Shown here in pieces: positions 1-12,207 of a stretch of DNA of 64,000 bases (its first letter is position 1; each line of letters begins with the position of its first letter). A program made the translations under genes and the position numbers. The stretch lies in contig OZ210885.1 in assembly GCA_964658305.1 (NCBI GenBank), positions 2,294,001 through 2,358,000 of the forward strand, in the 5' to 3' direction. Source of the DNA: Leptogorgia sarmentosa (lineage: Eukaryota). Below the pieces are notes generated by a model, which ran no database searches, was not told where the DNA came from, and saw only the letters and a program-made list of their open reading frames with translations.

Positions 1-1304
1 TTCATTCCCGAACCCAATGATATATTTCCTTTAGAATATATGAAACTTAGATCATCAAAGCAAAAATATCATGTCGCAAATTATACAATTGAACACAGCG
101 AATATTTAACTTTAAGGTTATGGCAGAGCCAGTTTTCTGTCGTTCTTCGTTTTCGTCGTCGAGAAATGCGATATCATATTTCGTCGTGTTTCAATGCCAA
201 ATGTTTTTATTTGTATGCCAATTCAAATGTGTAGATCTGAATACTAAATGTGTTGATCTGACTGCTGGCAAGGGTATTGATTTGAATGTGATGTTGAAAA
301 GCGTTTCAAAAATTAAAAGAAATACAGCAAATACTATATCTATAAGGATTTCAACCACAGAGTAATCTACTGTGAACATAGTCTTGGCCTCAGTGGAGAC
401 ATTGAGAACAACAAGTAGGACTCCAAACTCTCATCTGAAAGTAGGGGTTCTATACAGGTACCAGCTCTCCTGCATTCGCACTTCAAGACATCGCACACAT
501 GTCGTCATTTTTGAGGGAAGTGTAAACGCCTGAGCAGGCGTCTTGTTAACTTTATTTTATTAATTGCTTGATAATATTTTTTTTAAATACGTGGAATTTT
601 AAATTCCAGTACAATTTTGGACCAATATGAATTTATTCATACTTGCCATAAATTTAGGTTGAATGTGACGTCAAAATGACCTAAATTTGGCCAAAATCCG
701 CCATGTTTTTGGCGACACTTTTTTAACAGATGACGTGCATAATGCAAGAGTATGACTCCAGGTCGTGCTGGGTTGGGGTCACTGGTTAGGGTCTGGTCCT
801 GTCGTAAATTCAAGCATACTTTAATTAAAATTGAGGATCATCCCAGACAACAGGGGGAGAGATTGTTGTTTACCATTTACATGAAATCCCATGCATCTGG
901 TTAAAAATTGTGCGAATATCGAATGAAAAAACTTAAATTGGAAAATCTCGTCCGGAAGCATGCGTTTTCCATTTGGCGTCAGACCGGAATGGACAGGAAC
1001 CACTTACACAGTGACGGTGATGAATATATTTCCAAGAGCCTAGAACTAGTGCTGCAACCCAGAAAAAGTGTAAATGGAACGAAATAAACCGTTAATTGCA
1101 AACGTTCCAACCAGTCAAGGGGACAACCTTTTCAAGCAAAGCGTTTATTCGGATAATTTTACAGTTAACGTTGGTTCGACCAAAAAATAATGTACTGTGT
1201 TGGAATACTGATTAAGTTTATCAATAACCACATAATAATAATACATAATCTTTTAAGAGGAAACCTATTGGTTTGAATAACGTGGTTTTCATATACATAG
1301 GTCA

Positions 1305-1879
1305 TATACCCAATAATAACAGGTGACACATATCGCCCTGATTTGCTGCTGACGACTAAGGACAACTGTCTATATATCGTTGAATTAACCGTGGGATACG
1401 AAACTAACCTTCGAAATAACATTGAGCGTAAACGATCTAAATATTCAGATTTAATTAAAGAACAAATAGAACATTTCAAAACAGTTAAATTTATTAATCT
1501 CTCTATCAGTGCACTTGGTGTTTTTGACCAGGAATCGTCTGCTTTTATTGATATGCTTAAACAGCTTAATATAGATAATAACCATCAAAAATATATTGTA
1601 AGAAAAATGATAAACATCGCCATCAGGTCAACTTACTACATCTTTTGCTGCCGAGAGACAAGGAATGGTCCAATCCGGATTTGATGAGATTTTACATAAT
1701 ATTTTATGAACATATACCATGAACATTTTATATAATCTATGAACTTATATAATTATATCCTTTATACGTAATCCAAGTAGTCGATTGTAAATTACCTTAT
1801 TAAGCGATATTTGCAATTGTGTGTACATAAGAAAATTATTTCAATAAAGTTTTCATTATTATTGTTATTATTATTATTA
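1305..1879 (+). mobile_element. 5'-truncated non-LTR retrotransposon, restriction-like endonuclease C-terminus plus 3' tail
   Basis: Frame of ORF 1343-1684 reads RPDLLL...IVELTVGYE...RKRSKY, a PD-(D/E)xK RLE-type signature. It is followed by AATAAA (~1843) and a (TTA)n tail to ~1879. No RT domain remains. Confidence 0.8.
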
Positions 1880-2148
1880 GTCATATCAACTCAATAGCTG
1901 AGAAGAGCAATTCAGTGATTGACAGAGATGACCTCGCTGCTACTGATGTTGACTGAAAGGAAATAATAATCACGCTAAGTCTCTTTTTTTTAGTGGGGCG
2001 GAAAAAAACTCTGAACGTTCCCTGAACGCACAGGGAACAAGATGAAGGGCTGATGATGTAATGCGTTGAAAAATCGCAGACATCGCAGGTCACAAACACG
2101 AACGTAAGAGTAGGAATGGGGTTTAAAGTCGGGCTAATCTAATACTAA

Positions 2149-5100
2149 TCATGCTGAATGTAGCATGTGCACATACCTTTCCTGACATGTGTCCAGATTT
2201 AAAATCTGAACACGAACAAGAAGACAACCATTCTTCAAGTACTGACGAGCCTCCAAGGTCTCAATGCGAGCGAACTCGGCATATCCATAACCTTTGTGAT
2301 TCCGGGGGGATTTAGGTCTCTGAAACGCCAGGAGGTTTGGTCTGGTTACCAAGGTTTCACTGATATGACGTTTGTATTCGCCATCATCGCGTTGGTCGAG
2401 GATAGACAAGGATATTCTACCCGAAAATGGCCACTCCAGTGTGTCATCCCAGTCAGACTGCATCATGTGAACAAACAAGGAGACATGAGAACCATATCCA
2501 GTGTCTACACCATTTGGGTTGATTCTAAAGATCGGATATACATAATTCAATTTATTTGTACAAGCGAGTCAAGATAAACTTAATAATCCAATTCCCATCG
2601 TACTAAGACGAACTAGAATAGGAGTATATGCTGTCACGAAGCACTGCTTCATCAAGCACTATTATTATTCACTTTATTCTTAATACAAAAAAACAACAAC
2701 ATACAACTTCTTCTCAAAATCTCTTTCCTACAGTTTCCCGCGAGGTCAAAAATTTTCAAGTCACTACTTCCTCCTAATTCCCATCTCTCACAAGTCGTTT
2801 AAAAACCCATACATCACAACGCACTAGCTACTCACATATGCCTATACGTTCACATACAGCGATTAGTTGGACTGATTTGTATTCAACTAATGCGTCGTAA
2901 GTGTTCACGTTGAAAAATCGTGGAGGGAGAGTGAGTATCTGTAGAAAATCACAAATTTTCCTCACGATTCAACGAGATATTTCCCCCTTTCAAAATTGTT
3001 GAAAACGTTACAAAAACGTATAATATGGCTAGATGGCTAAAATGTCGAAGCATTTTACTAAAATCATGGTTAATTGTTAAGATTGTATTGCAGAGTTCAT
3101 ACCTGATGCCAGATTATAACCTACAGTAGAATGTTTTCCATTCTAATGTCAACTTATACAGTTGATATACATAAAACTGCGTGACCTTAAGTAAACGTAC
3201 CTTAGACAAAGTTTATAACCATAAACGTTTGTGTAGAATGGGGGACTGTGCAAAGCTGTCACCACATTTTCACGTGCATTCTCCAAATGACGGTCGTATC
3301 CCGTAATCCTCCACAAATATACTCCGTTGCACATACGAGCTTCCAGTTCGGTTAAAGAGTTTTTCAAAACAGTTATACTTCCTCCATTTTCTCTTTGTTG
3401 TCTTTCAAGACGACCTAAGATGACGTCAATAATACAGTTGAGTTCGAACAAGAGTATTTTTAGAGTGACTGACATAAGTTATATCATTTTAATGTTAAAA
3501 TTGCTTTCAATGCGATGAAAAGTCGACTTCAAAAACGGACCACGTCATCATGGGGAGTTCTTGCATTTGATATTTTTAAGTCTGCAGTTTCATAAAGTAG
3601 TTCTTGGTACGTTTAATGAAGCAGGCATTTGATTATCATTTCCCCCTCTAGATATACAATTCATTTGTCCAGCAGCACCCACCTGCAAGCTCACGGTATC
3701 TTCGCTCGATTTGCTCAATTCTGCCTTCCAATGTTGCAATGTTTTCTGCATTTCTATTTCGTGCGCGATTCAACGCTTCCAAAACAGTTCCACTGGCGGC
3801 ACTATTTCCGGTGCTACTACCGCTGGCACCACCACTGCCTTCAGATCTTGCTGCACCATTTTTGCTCTTGTCTCGTCCGTTGCCAGGAATGAGCGCAGCA
3901 AAAACGTTACACAACATGGTCAAATGTGCCGCCATGCTGGCTTCGTTGGTCAAATGATTTTGGTAACTGATTCTCAAACCCTAAGGAATAGCAAAACAGT
4001 TCTTTCATGGTACGTTCACAGTTGATTACACTACGGTAAATGGCAAATATTAATGCGTACCGTCCATTTACAACCATATTGCTTGAAGTCACAAACAGCT
4101 TGAGCTTTTGGACATTCCTTTTCATGACCTGCAGTCAACTAAAAGGATAAGTTATATGTTAAGAAGGGCGCAGTATCCTCAACGGTTTTGCGCGCTCAAT
4201 TTTTTGTTGTCTGATTGGTTGCATAAACAGTGCGCGATTCGTGTTGAAATCGCACTGCCATATAAGGTGCGATTTGTGCTGAAATTGCGCCCTGTCAACC
4301 AATCAAAATGATTGAATGAAATGAATATAATAGCCTTGACATCGGATCTTGTAATTCTTTCAGAATGATTACCTTTTCTCTCAGCATTTTCTTGTTACAA
4401 TTCGGACATGTAACATTAACTTTCTGGCATTTTCCCAAGTGATCCTAAAAGTTGTAAACAGCGAAATAAAACAATGAATGATATTTGACATTCACAAATA
4501 CTTTGTACGTGATTGAAAATGTTTGTGCAACAAAATACATACCGAAAAAGTGTCATATAAATTATGTACTTCACTAAATTGTTTATACTCAGTGACATCA
4601 GTATAAATTTTGAGGAGACTATATATTAGCTAACATTTCTTGTGTTCCTAAATGTATTCCATTTGCGATCCGACTGGTTCCACTTTTTTTGCACCCGGAA
4701 ATTTATACCAAAGGTATTATTCGCCGCAGGCTCGCGGATTACAAGCTCCTATTCACCATGCCTACAGCGACTAATTGCTAAATAGGTGACATACCCATTA
4801 CACTATAAAAATCTAAATAAATAATCTATCATAAAAGTTGAACACAATAGAAACGCGACAAGTACAACTCCAAACTGCACCTTGAGATTCTTGTGCTGTA
4901 CTTCACTTTTGCAATGTTGGCAGGTGACAGCTCTTTTTGAACATTCTTTCTTCAAATGATGATCCAAACTTTTTCTTTCAACATTTTGGTTACAGCCTTT
5001 GGGACATGGTACTTCGACAAACTCACATGTCTTCAAATGTTCCTGGAAAAAGAGAAATTATTGTTATCAATTAGTTTCCGACCACTACAAAGCATTGACC

Positions 5101-8100
5101 AAATTGATTAACGTAAATCAAAAGTTGTACTCACTAGTTAAAGGATAAACCTTTTTTTTTGCATGTACCTGTTTTGTTACTTCTCTATTAGGCTATTAGT
5201 AAACTGGTTACATATTTAAGTTATCAAATGATAGTATGTGGAAGATTTGCTACCCTTCTGATTTTCTTAAGATTTCGTCATATTAAATTCGACATTCAAA
5301 TTTGTAGAATAAAGATCACCTTTGAATGAAAACTTGTTTATGCATAAATGATAGTTGCATCTGTGTACGTTTGTGGATAATGTGACGTTGGAGCTTTGAA
5401 CATGTTACTTCCGCCTAGTTTCAAAACATTGTATTTATACAAGATATGTCCCGACTTAAGACGTATGACGGAAGTTTGATCATTTTGGTCTATTTATACC
5501 GGCCTGTCTAGCCAAGACACGTCTTGTCTAAGACAGAAACACGCACTGTGTGCCGTTTATATGACAAGTTCGCGATTGATGTAAGCATCTTGTGTAAGTG
5601 AAAGTCGCGACTTATTCTGTTGCATATAAATAGCTTATAAACAAATGGCCCTATATATTGCGAACTGCAAATGTGGCGATATTTTCGCGATTTTATGGTG
5701 AATATTTCCAGGACGTCATATGAGAGATGTGGATAATATAGGGTGAGATGATTTATAGTAAAATTGATGAAAAATGTGTTGTTTTGAACGCGTCCAACAT
5801 AAAGAAATACAATTATTGGGCCTAAACGTACAACATAACGCTAAAATAAAATTGCCCCTCGATTTGGTAAGTAAACATTTACTTTTGTACCTCTGGTGCC
5901 CTGCCCAGTATGGTGTATATTTACCTCAATGTTCTGCAAGACACCAGTCCACGGACATTCTTTCTTGTTTTTCAAAGTGCGACACTTGACTTTAAACTGA
6001 TTTATTTCTCTCTTGGCAAAGTTATCCTTGTAAATCTACAATAAATTAATAGCATATCATTCAGATGAATTAGGACTACAAGTGCAGCATACTTAAACAA
6101 AAGCGCAGCATTAGCTATATACATTAATAGAAACTTGCGCACTGACTCATTCGATTGACTTAAAGACTGTTTTTCTATGTAGATGAAGAAAAAGAAACTA
6201 ACGACCATGCACAGCTTGAAAGAACATCGTAAAATTAGTGCTATTACAAAGTTTGGTTACGAAATGTTGTAAATTGCGGAAAAATATCGGCCTGCTAGTC
6301 GTTTGTATCACGAGCGTAAACTGGTAACTAAGTTATACAAATTCGCCAAAATTCCTGGGGTATATTTTCCTCCTTTTACAACATTCTGCAACCAAACTTC
6401 GCAGGCAGTTTATCTAACTTTGATAACACCCGTTAAACAAAGACCTCAACGGGTAGTACCCGATATTTCTCAATTAAGAACATGGGTAATGCTCACGCTG
6501 GACTATCGTCTAAGTAGCCTGGCCTGGTAAATTATGAACAGTGCCATTGCCCGAGTCTATAATAATATGCATTTAGCCAGGCCAGAGTGGTGAGCAGCGA
6601 GCTCGATTTAGCTCCAGTGGTAAGGCACGCGGTGCGTGCGTTGCAGTTCTATAGTTCAAGCCCCATGGTTCGACACATTTTTTCAGCGTTAGTGATGAAA
6701 ACTTTTTTTCCTCAATATTTTTCTGACCACAATGGTCAGGGTTAGGATTCTAGGGTTTGGGTTGGGATTAAGGAAATTCTTAGTATATAGAAAAATGGTT
6801 TATATATAACACTAATATAACTATATCAAGAGTAATACTGAAACGCCGACCAGCAATCTTAGGCGATAGTCCAGCGTGGGCATTACCCGTATTCTCAATT
6901 GAGAAATGTTGGGTACTACCCGTTGAGGTCTTTGTTCAACGGCTGTTGATAACTTCTTTCCGGAAATATCCTTTCTTTTTATTAAAAAATATCCTTTTTA
7001 TTAAAAAATATTCTAAGAAATATCCTTTCTTCTGCATTAGCTTGCGTTAGCTTGTGGTAGTCCAGTTCAATTGGGGCTTTGTTCTCTTGGACCACAATTC
7101 ATTTACAAATATTTTTATATGATGATTAAGTTATTAAACTAACTAAACTTGCGTTAGACCACGCATTGTTTCAGGCTCTGTACGAAAATATGAATGAGCA
7201 TTTCACGGATAGTTTAGCGGATAGTACTAAAAGGGAAACAAAATTTAATGAACATGGCAGTCTTTTTTATCAAAGTCATATTTTTTATATCAGCAATGGC
7301 CACTGTAGAACAGTAATCCATGAACCCACTATATTTGACTTCGTTAATGCTCTTCTGAAGAGCCAACAGCTAGGAAATTTCCGTGTCGCTGTGCGAAATG
7401 TTTGTGGCAAAATAGAGACTTAGGGGCCTTTTTTCCAAGTTGTAACTAAATAAACAAGGTTAGTTATAAGCACAGCAAAAAGCAAAATGCAGCTAAAAAG
7501 TTTGCCGCCATTTTTTTATATATTTCGGATCTTTTCCTATACCGTATATTTCCCCCCCCCCCCCCCATTATTAGTTTTCCTCAAATGACGCTACGCTTGA
7601 TTTTTATTGAAACAGATTCCAATCGTCATTAAAAAAACGATAACATAATTACAAATATATTCAGAGAGGATATAGAAAGTAATAATTACCATAAGTCAGA
7701 TTAAACCGTCAAGACAAAAATAGAGTGTGATTGAGACGTGGATATTGATAGTGATGCATGCGAGATTGTAGAGATAAAAATTGTTAAAACTTTACGTGGT
7801 TATACTGTGATTTGTGAACCACTGTTCAACGAAGGCTGACTATACTGGGTACTGGAGGGTCGTTCTATGGCTTAGATTTTTAATGCCTTTACCACAATTG
7901 CATGGTATGAATTCCATTTGGTCTTCTGTGTGTATGAACACTGTTATAATCATCAATAATTAGAACCAACAACCAGCGATGTACACGCAATTTCCACGCG
8001 TACCACGCGCATGCTCGCACGCCATTGGCCGCAAATGATATAATGCTTCCTTATACGTACCGCATTTCGGTCAACTTCTTGGTTATCGATTGGGCACGTG

Positions 8101-9407
8101 TTACCATTTGTTCTGCAAACAGACAAAACGTGCATAGTAATTAGCAATAAGATACTCATTAATTTTTCTTTGAGATAAAATGAAAGCCAAAATGTGTTTA
8201 TTTAGGGGCTGTTTACGGTGACGACAGTAACCATGACCCCGCCCGCTTTGTTAATAATACTCGATGCCTTTGCTACGGGATGCTATAGATTAAACCATCT
8301 GTGTTCAGATGATACTCAGTGTTTTTTTATCGGATAATGTCCAGAAATAACCTAACACTGCAATTGCGTTCCATTTCCGTTTGGAACGCAACCAGTACCG
8401 TTGCCTTGAGAAGCGATGGAAGACACTGTATGGTAAGACATCTGCAAAATTTCGAAAATTTCAAAACCTCAATAGCCAAGGACATGAAAAAGCTTATTTA
8501 AGAAGTTCCGTTTGTTTTCAATGGCTTGTTGTTCGTAGTCATAAGTAGCTATAAGATTGTTTTTACAGTGTAATTGTTAGATCATAATTCCTCATTGTCA
8601 ACAATTAGACATTCATTTTAAGGACTTCATTTACATAAGGACTGCCCTGTTGTCTGAAATCATCGATCTATCTTCAATGTGATTGTAAATGAAAGTAAAG
8701 ATAAGATTAATCACTTTTTATTTACAAGTTGCATTTATAAAATAACCGGAAGTAAGTGAAAGATTGCGCGCGCGTGATTGGCTAACAGCCGTGTTGATGT
8801 GCGATTATGTAAACACAGCTATTTCCCGTTGCTTCTCGCAATTCCGTTATTCCGCTTTTGTCATCGTGTTATTTTATAAAAATAATAGAAAACATTTTCC
8901 TATGTTTACATTGAGTTATGTAAACACGAGTGCAAGTTTGGGAGAACATGCACTCCACAGAACTTGCACCCCACTCAATGCAATTACGTACCATGATAAA
9001 TTGCATATTATAGAATTCACTCCATAATCTGTAACTTACTCCATATGACGGTTAATGCATGCTGTACAGAAGCGATGTCCACATGGTGTTTGCACTGGAT
9101 CCCGTAATACGGTCATACAGATCGGACATTCATAGTCTTGAGTGACTGGTGGATCAAATATCTCATCATGACCTGAAATCCTTTCTGCGTTCTCAGCAGT
9201 GCTTCCACTTCCTTGCTGATTTGCTTCATTGTTTCCTGAATTATTCCCCTGATTACTGGCTGCGGCGCCCGGTGGCGCGGATGATGATGGGTTTACTGGA
9301 AGGTCGGAACTGGCTCTTCCAGGAGCTTCCACATAAGCTTGGTTTTGCTCATTATTCCTCATATCAGCGATATCGCTGGCGAGGTTACGATAGTGACGGT
9401 TAGACAT
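2149..9407 (-). CDS. TRAF6: TNF receptor-associated factor, TRAF6-like (RING, TRAF zinc fingers, coiled coil, MATH), about 576 aa
   Basis: Exons 9407-9040, 8112-8061, 6035-5925, 5042-4881, 4444-4373, 4138-4061, 3980-3683, 3414-3201, 2524-2149. All junctions GT-AG and phase-compatible (1731 nt). Motifs: [28 protein letters not shown]...[12 protein letters not shown], zinc fingers, [12 protein letters not shown]...HSPPFYT...GYKLCLR...HVSLFVHMM...WPF...GYGY. Confidence 0.93.
6427..6945. mobile_element. MITE with ~85 bp TIRs, 7-bp TSD and a tRNA-like core, in a TRAF6 intron
   Basis: CACCCGTTAAACAAAGACCTCAACGGGTAGTACCC... pairs with ...GGGTACTACCCGTTGAGGTCTTTGTTCAACGGCTG. Flanked by TTGATAA at 6420-6426 and 6946-6952. 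Confidence 0.8.
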
Positions 9408-9984
9408 TGAGCTCACTAATAGAAAGAAAAATAGAATTATTCAAGAGGAACGATTTGCAGTACGGTATTACAAAGAGCGCGGACAAAATTTGGTAAACGT
9501 AAAAACCGCTGGCTGGTTCACAACTTTACATTCGTTGTAACATCCTCCTTGTAGTTTTTCAGAAGACAATCTTCAAGTATATCGATTTTTCGATATTCGA
9601 CTTTTCGATACATCTTTTTCCCCCCGAAAAATGGCTATATAACCATCATGACTTTTAAAATGCTTTTATGATTTAGGCCATTAATTCTAGGAATTTCCTG
9701 TTTTTTTATAAGAGAAAACAAACTCATTCGTTGTCAATGAATCAGGTTTGAAAATGACTTTGAAATAGAGTCGAAATATTATCTTGAATATTGTGTCTTG
9801 TTTTTATAACAGCTCAAATCTTGAGTTTACAAGATGTTCATTTTCGATATTCGTTTTCTCTTATATTTCGCGAAATTGTCTGCTGGAAAAGGTTTTTGGT
9901 TCCTGTTTTTTTGGTTCTTGTGTTTTCAGTATAATAGTTTGTTTTGATGAATGCGCACGTTTGCATGCGAATCATCAAAATGGC

Positions 9985-10176
9985 GACGACGATTCTTTAC
10001 TTTGGTGGAAGTGTCATTCTACAAAATTCCCGTTACTTAGTTAAATAGCACGAAAGTATTTAGCCATTTCTGCAAGTAGTTCCCCGTCACAGAGACTGTT
10101 CAGCAAAGCTGGTCAAGTGGTCAGTTCACTGAGAGCGCAAACTAAGCCTGACCAAGCGAATATGCTTGTATTTTTA
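9985..10176 (+). mobile_element. hAT transposase C-terminal dimerisation-domain remnant
   Basis: Reads DDSLLWWKCHSTKFPLLS*IARKYLAISASSSPSQRLFSKAG...R...NMLVFL, matching the hAT WW..FP.L..AR.YL.I.A.S..SER.FS.AG motif. One in-frame stop at 10042-10044. Confidence 0.88.
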
Positions 10177-10571
10177 GCGATATCGCTGGCGAGGTTACGA
10201 TAGTGACGGTTAGACATTGAGCTCACTAATAGAAAGGAAAATAGAATTATTCAAGAGGAACGATTTGCAGTACGGTATTACAAAGAGCGCGGACAAAATT
10301 TGGTAAACGTAAAAACCGCTGGCTGTTTCACAACTTTACATTCGTTGTAACATCCTCCTTGTGGTTTTTCAGAAGACAATCTTCAAGTATATCGATTTTT
10401 CGATATTCGACTTTTCGATATATCGAAATATCGAAAATATCATTTTTTCCCGATTGTTTTGATAAACAATTGTTTTTAATGGCTATATAATCATCATGAC
10501 TTTTAAAATGCTTTTATGATTAGGGTCATTAATTTTAGGCATTTCCTGTTTTTATAAGAGAAAGCAAACTC
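10176..10571 (-). repeat. Direct duplicate of the TRAF6 start-exon acceptor, ATG, first 14 codons and adjacent intron
   Basis: Near-identical to 9366-~9725 (offset 810 bp at the exon). A third, more diverged remnant lies at ~11904-12001. Confidence 0.92.
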
Positions 10572-10620
10572 CGAAAATAAACATCTTGTAAACTCAAGAT
10601 ATATGAGCTGTTATAAAAAC

Positions 10621-11079
10621 AATAAACAATTATTGGATGAGGCTGAGCATGATATCAAGAATTATTCAAACCGAGGTCGAATGTTATCTGCCGAAGCGAA
10701 GCTGAGGCGGATAACATTGACCGAGGTCTGAATAATTCTTGATATCATGCGAAAGCCGAATCCAATAATTGTTTTATTATACATTTAAAAGACACGGTAA
10801 TTTGGAGAGTTCACTTTCATTCAGCGAAGCAAATCTGCTGGTGGCCATTGTTTGTTTGTTTTTTCGCGCGCTTTTAGCTTCAAGTTTTTGACAGCGCTGG
10901 GGCTTGGGCACGAGAGAGTCCAATAATTTTTTTTTTGGATGCAAGTTCGATCCAAAAAAATAATTATTGGACGCTGATGACGTCATCGGCGGAAAATACG
11001 TAATAAATGCCGAATACTGAGAATTAGCCGGTGCTTTCTGACCAATCAGGAACGAGAATAAATATTAAATGTATAATAA
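10621..11079. mobile_element. Non-autonomous hairpin element, Crypton-like
   Basis: Imperfect palindrome of ~160 bp (10621-10780) centred on CCGAAGCGAAGCTGAGG. A minus-strand stub MATSRFASLNESELSKL (ATG 10848) resembles N-termini of Crypton/DUF3504-type proteins. The class is an inference. Confidence 0.6.
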
Positions 11080-11084
11080 GATAC

Positions 11085-11840
11085 ATTATTTTTTTCCGGT
11101 CCGTAACTCCCGGTCCGTAACCTAAATAGAGCTTTCTGATTGGTTGCCGAGCGGTCCGTAACCTACTTTACGGACCGCTCGCATGCATTCTCGTAGATTT
11201 AATACAAATATAGTCAATGTTTTTGTTTTTTAAAACTGAATGACCGCTTATTAAAATATTCAAAACGAATTTAGGCGATAAAGAACGCATGAAAGTCCAT
11301 TTTATTATGCTAAGGGATATTTTAGGGGGTATTTACAGCGACAAAAACAAAAGATAAAAGTCTCGTCAGTATCAACAAAACAAAACAAAACATTCTCGGC
11401 GAAATATTTCGGTGTCTAAAGCGTATTTTAACCATGTTTCTATCGTGAAACGACCGGGAAAATAAATAATCTTAACAAGTTTACCTTTTTCATCGTAATG
11501 TTGAGTGGAAATGCGTGAATATGGAAGAAAATGCGTCAATATTGAAGGGTTTTTCCTCACTTCGTCTTGGCTGTTTAGCAGCCATACTTGCGATAGAGTA
11601 GCAAAGTAAACAAACAAACCGATCTCAAAATCTAGTTCGCAACACTGGAATTTTTGACGAATTTTATCATAACATCGAGGAGAAAAAAAATAAATAAGTT
11701 ATTTACCATTTAGGTCGGTCCGTACTGGAAAATATTTTGTCTCGGTCTCAAAAACGTCCCTCGGCCTTCGGCCTCGGGCCGTTTTTGAGACCTCGACAAA
11801 ATATTTTCCAGTACGGACCTCCCAGCTGGTAAATAACATA
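11085..11840. mobile_element. Non-autonomous hairpin element (GGTCCGTA family)
   Basis: Repeated GGTCCGTAAC at the left end. Terminal hairpin ~11697-11838 with a 25-bp perfect stem GGTCCGTACTGGAAAATATTTTGTC and a GGCCTTCGGCC apex. A degenerate relative lies at ~35880-36240. Confidence 0.7.
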
Positions 11841-12207
11841 TATATATTCAAGGTGATATTTCGACTCTATCTCAAAGTCATTGTCAATGCATGAATCAGG
11901 TTTGACATCGAGCTCACTAATATAAAATCATTATTAAAATTATGCAATTATTAAAAAGAACCTATATGCAGTATCTCACAGAGCGGAAAAAATTGTAAAC
12001 GAAAAAAATTCGTTGCCGTCCGGGCGTTAGCCCGGGTCGAGTGTAATAATTCCGCACGGCTATTTACATCTGGGTAGAGGACAGCATAGCGGAGTCTGAA
12101 GTTCCTCAGTTTGGCCACCATTTTACGTCAAGGTCACTGAGCTATACCAGTGAGCTCCATACATATATATATAAGGTGCCACTACAGCCTGTTTCATCCA
12201 AGAGGAA

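Noticed and set aside
6603..6680. Functional tRNA gene
   Set aside because: Acceptor and anticodon stems do not pair convincingly, and it lies inside a MITE. Kept only as tRNA-like.
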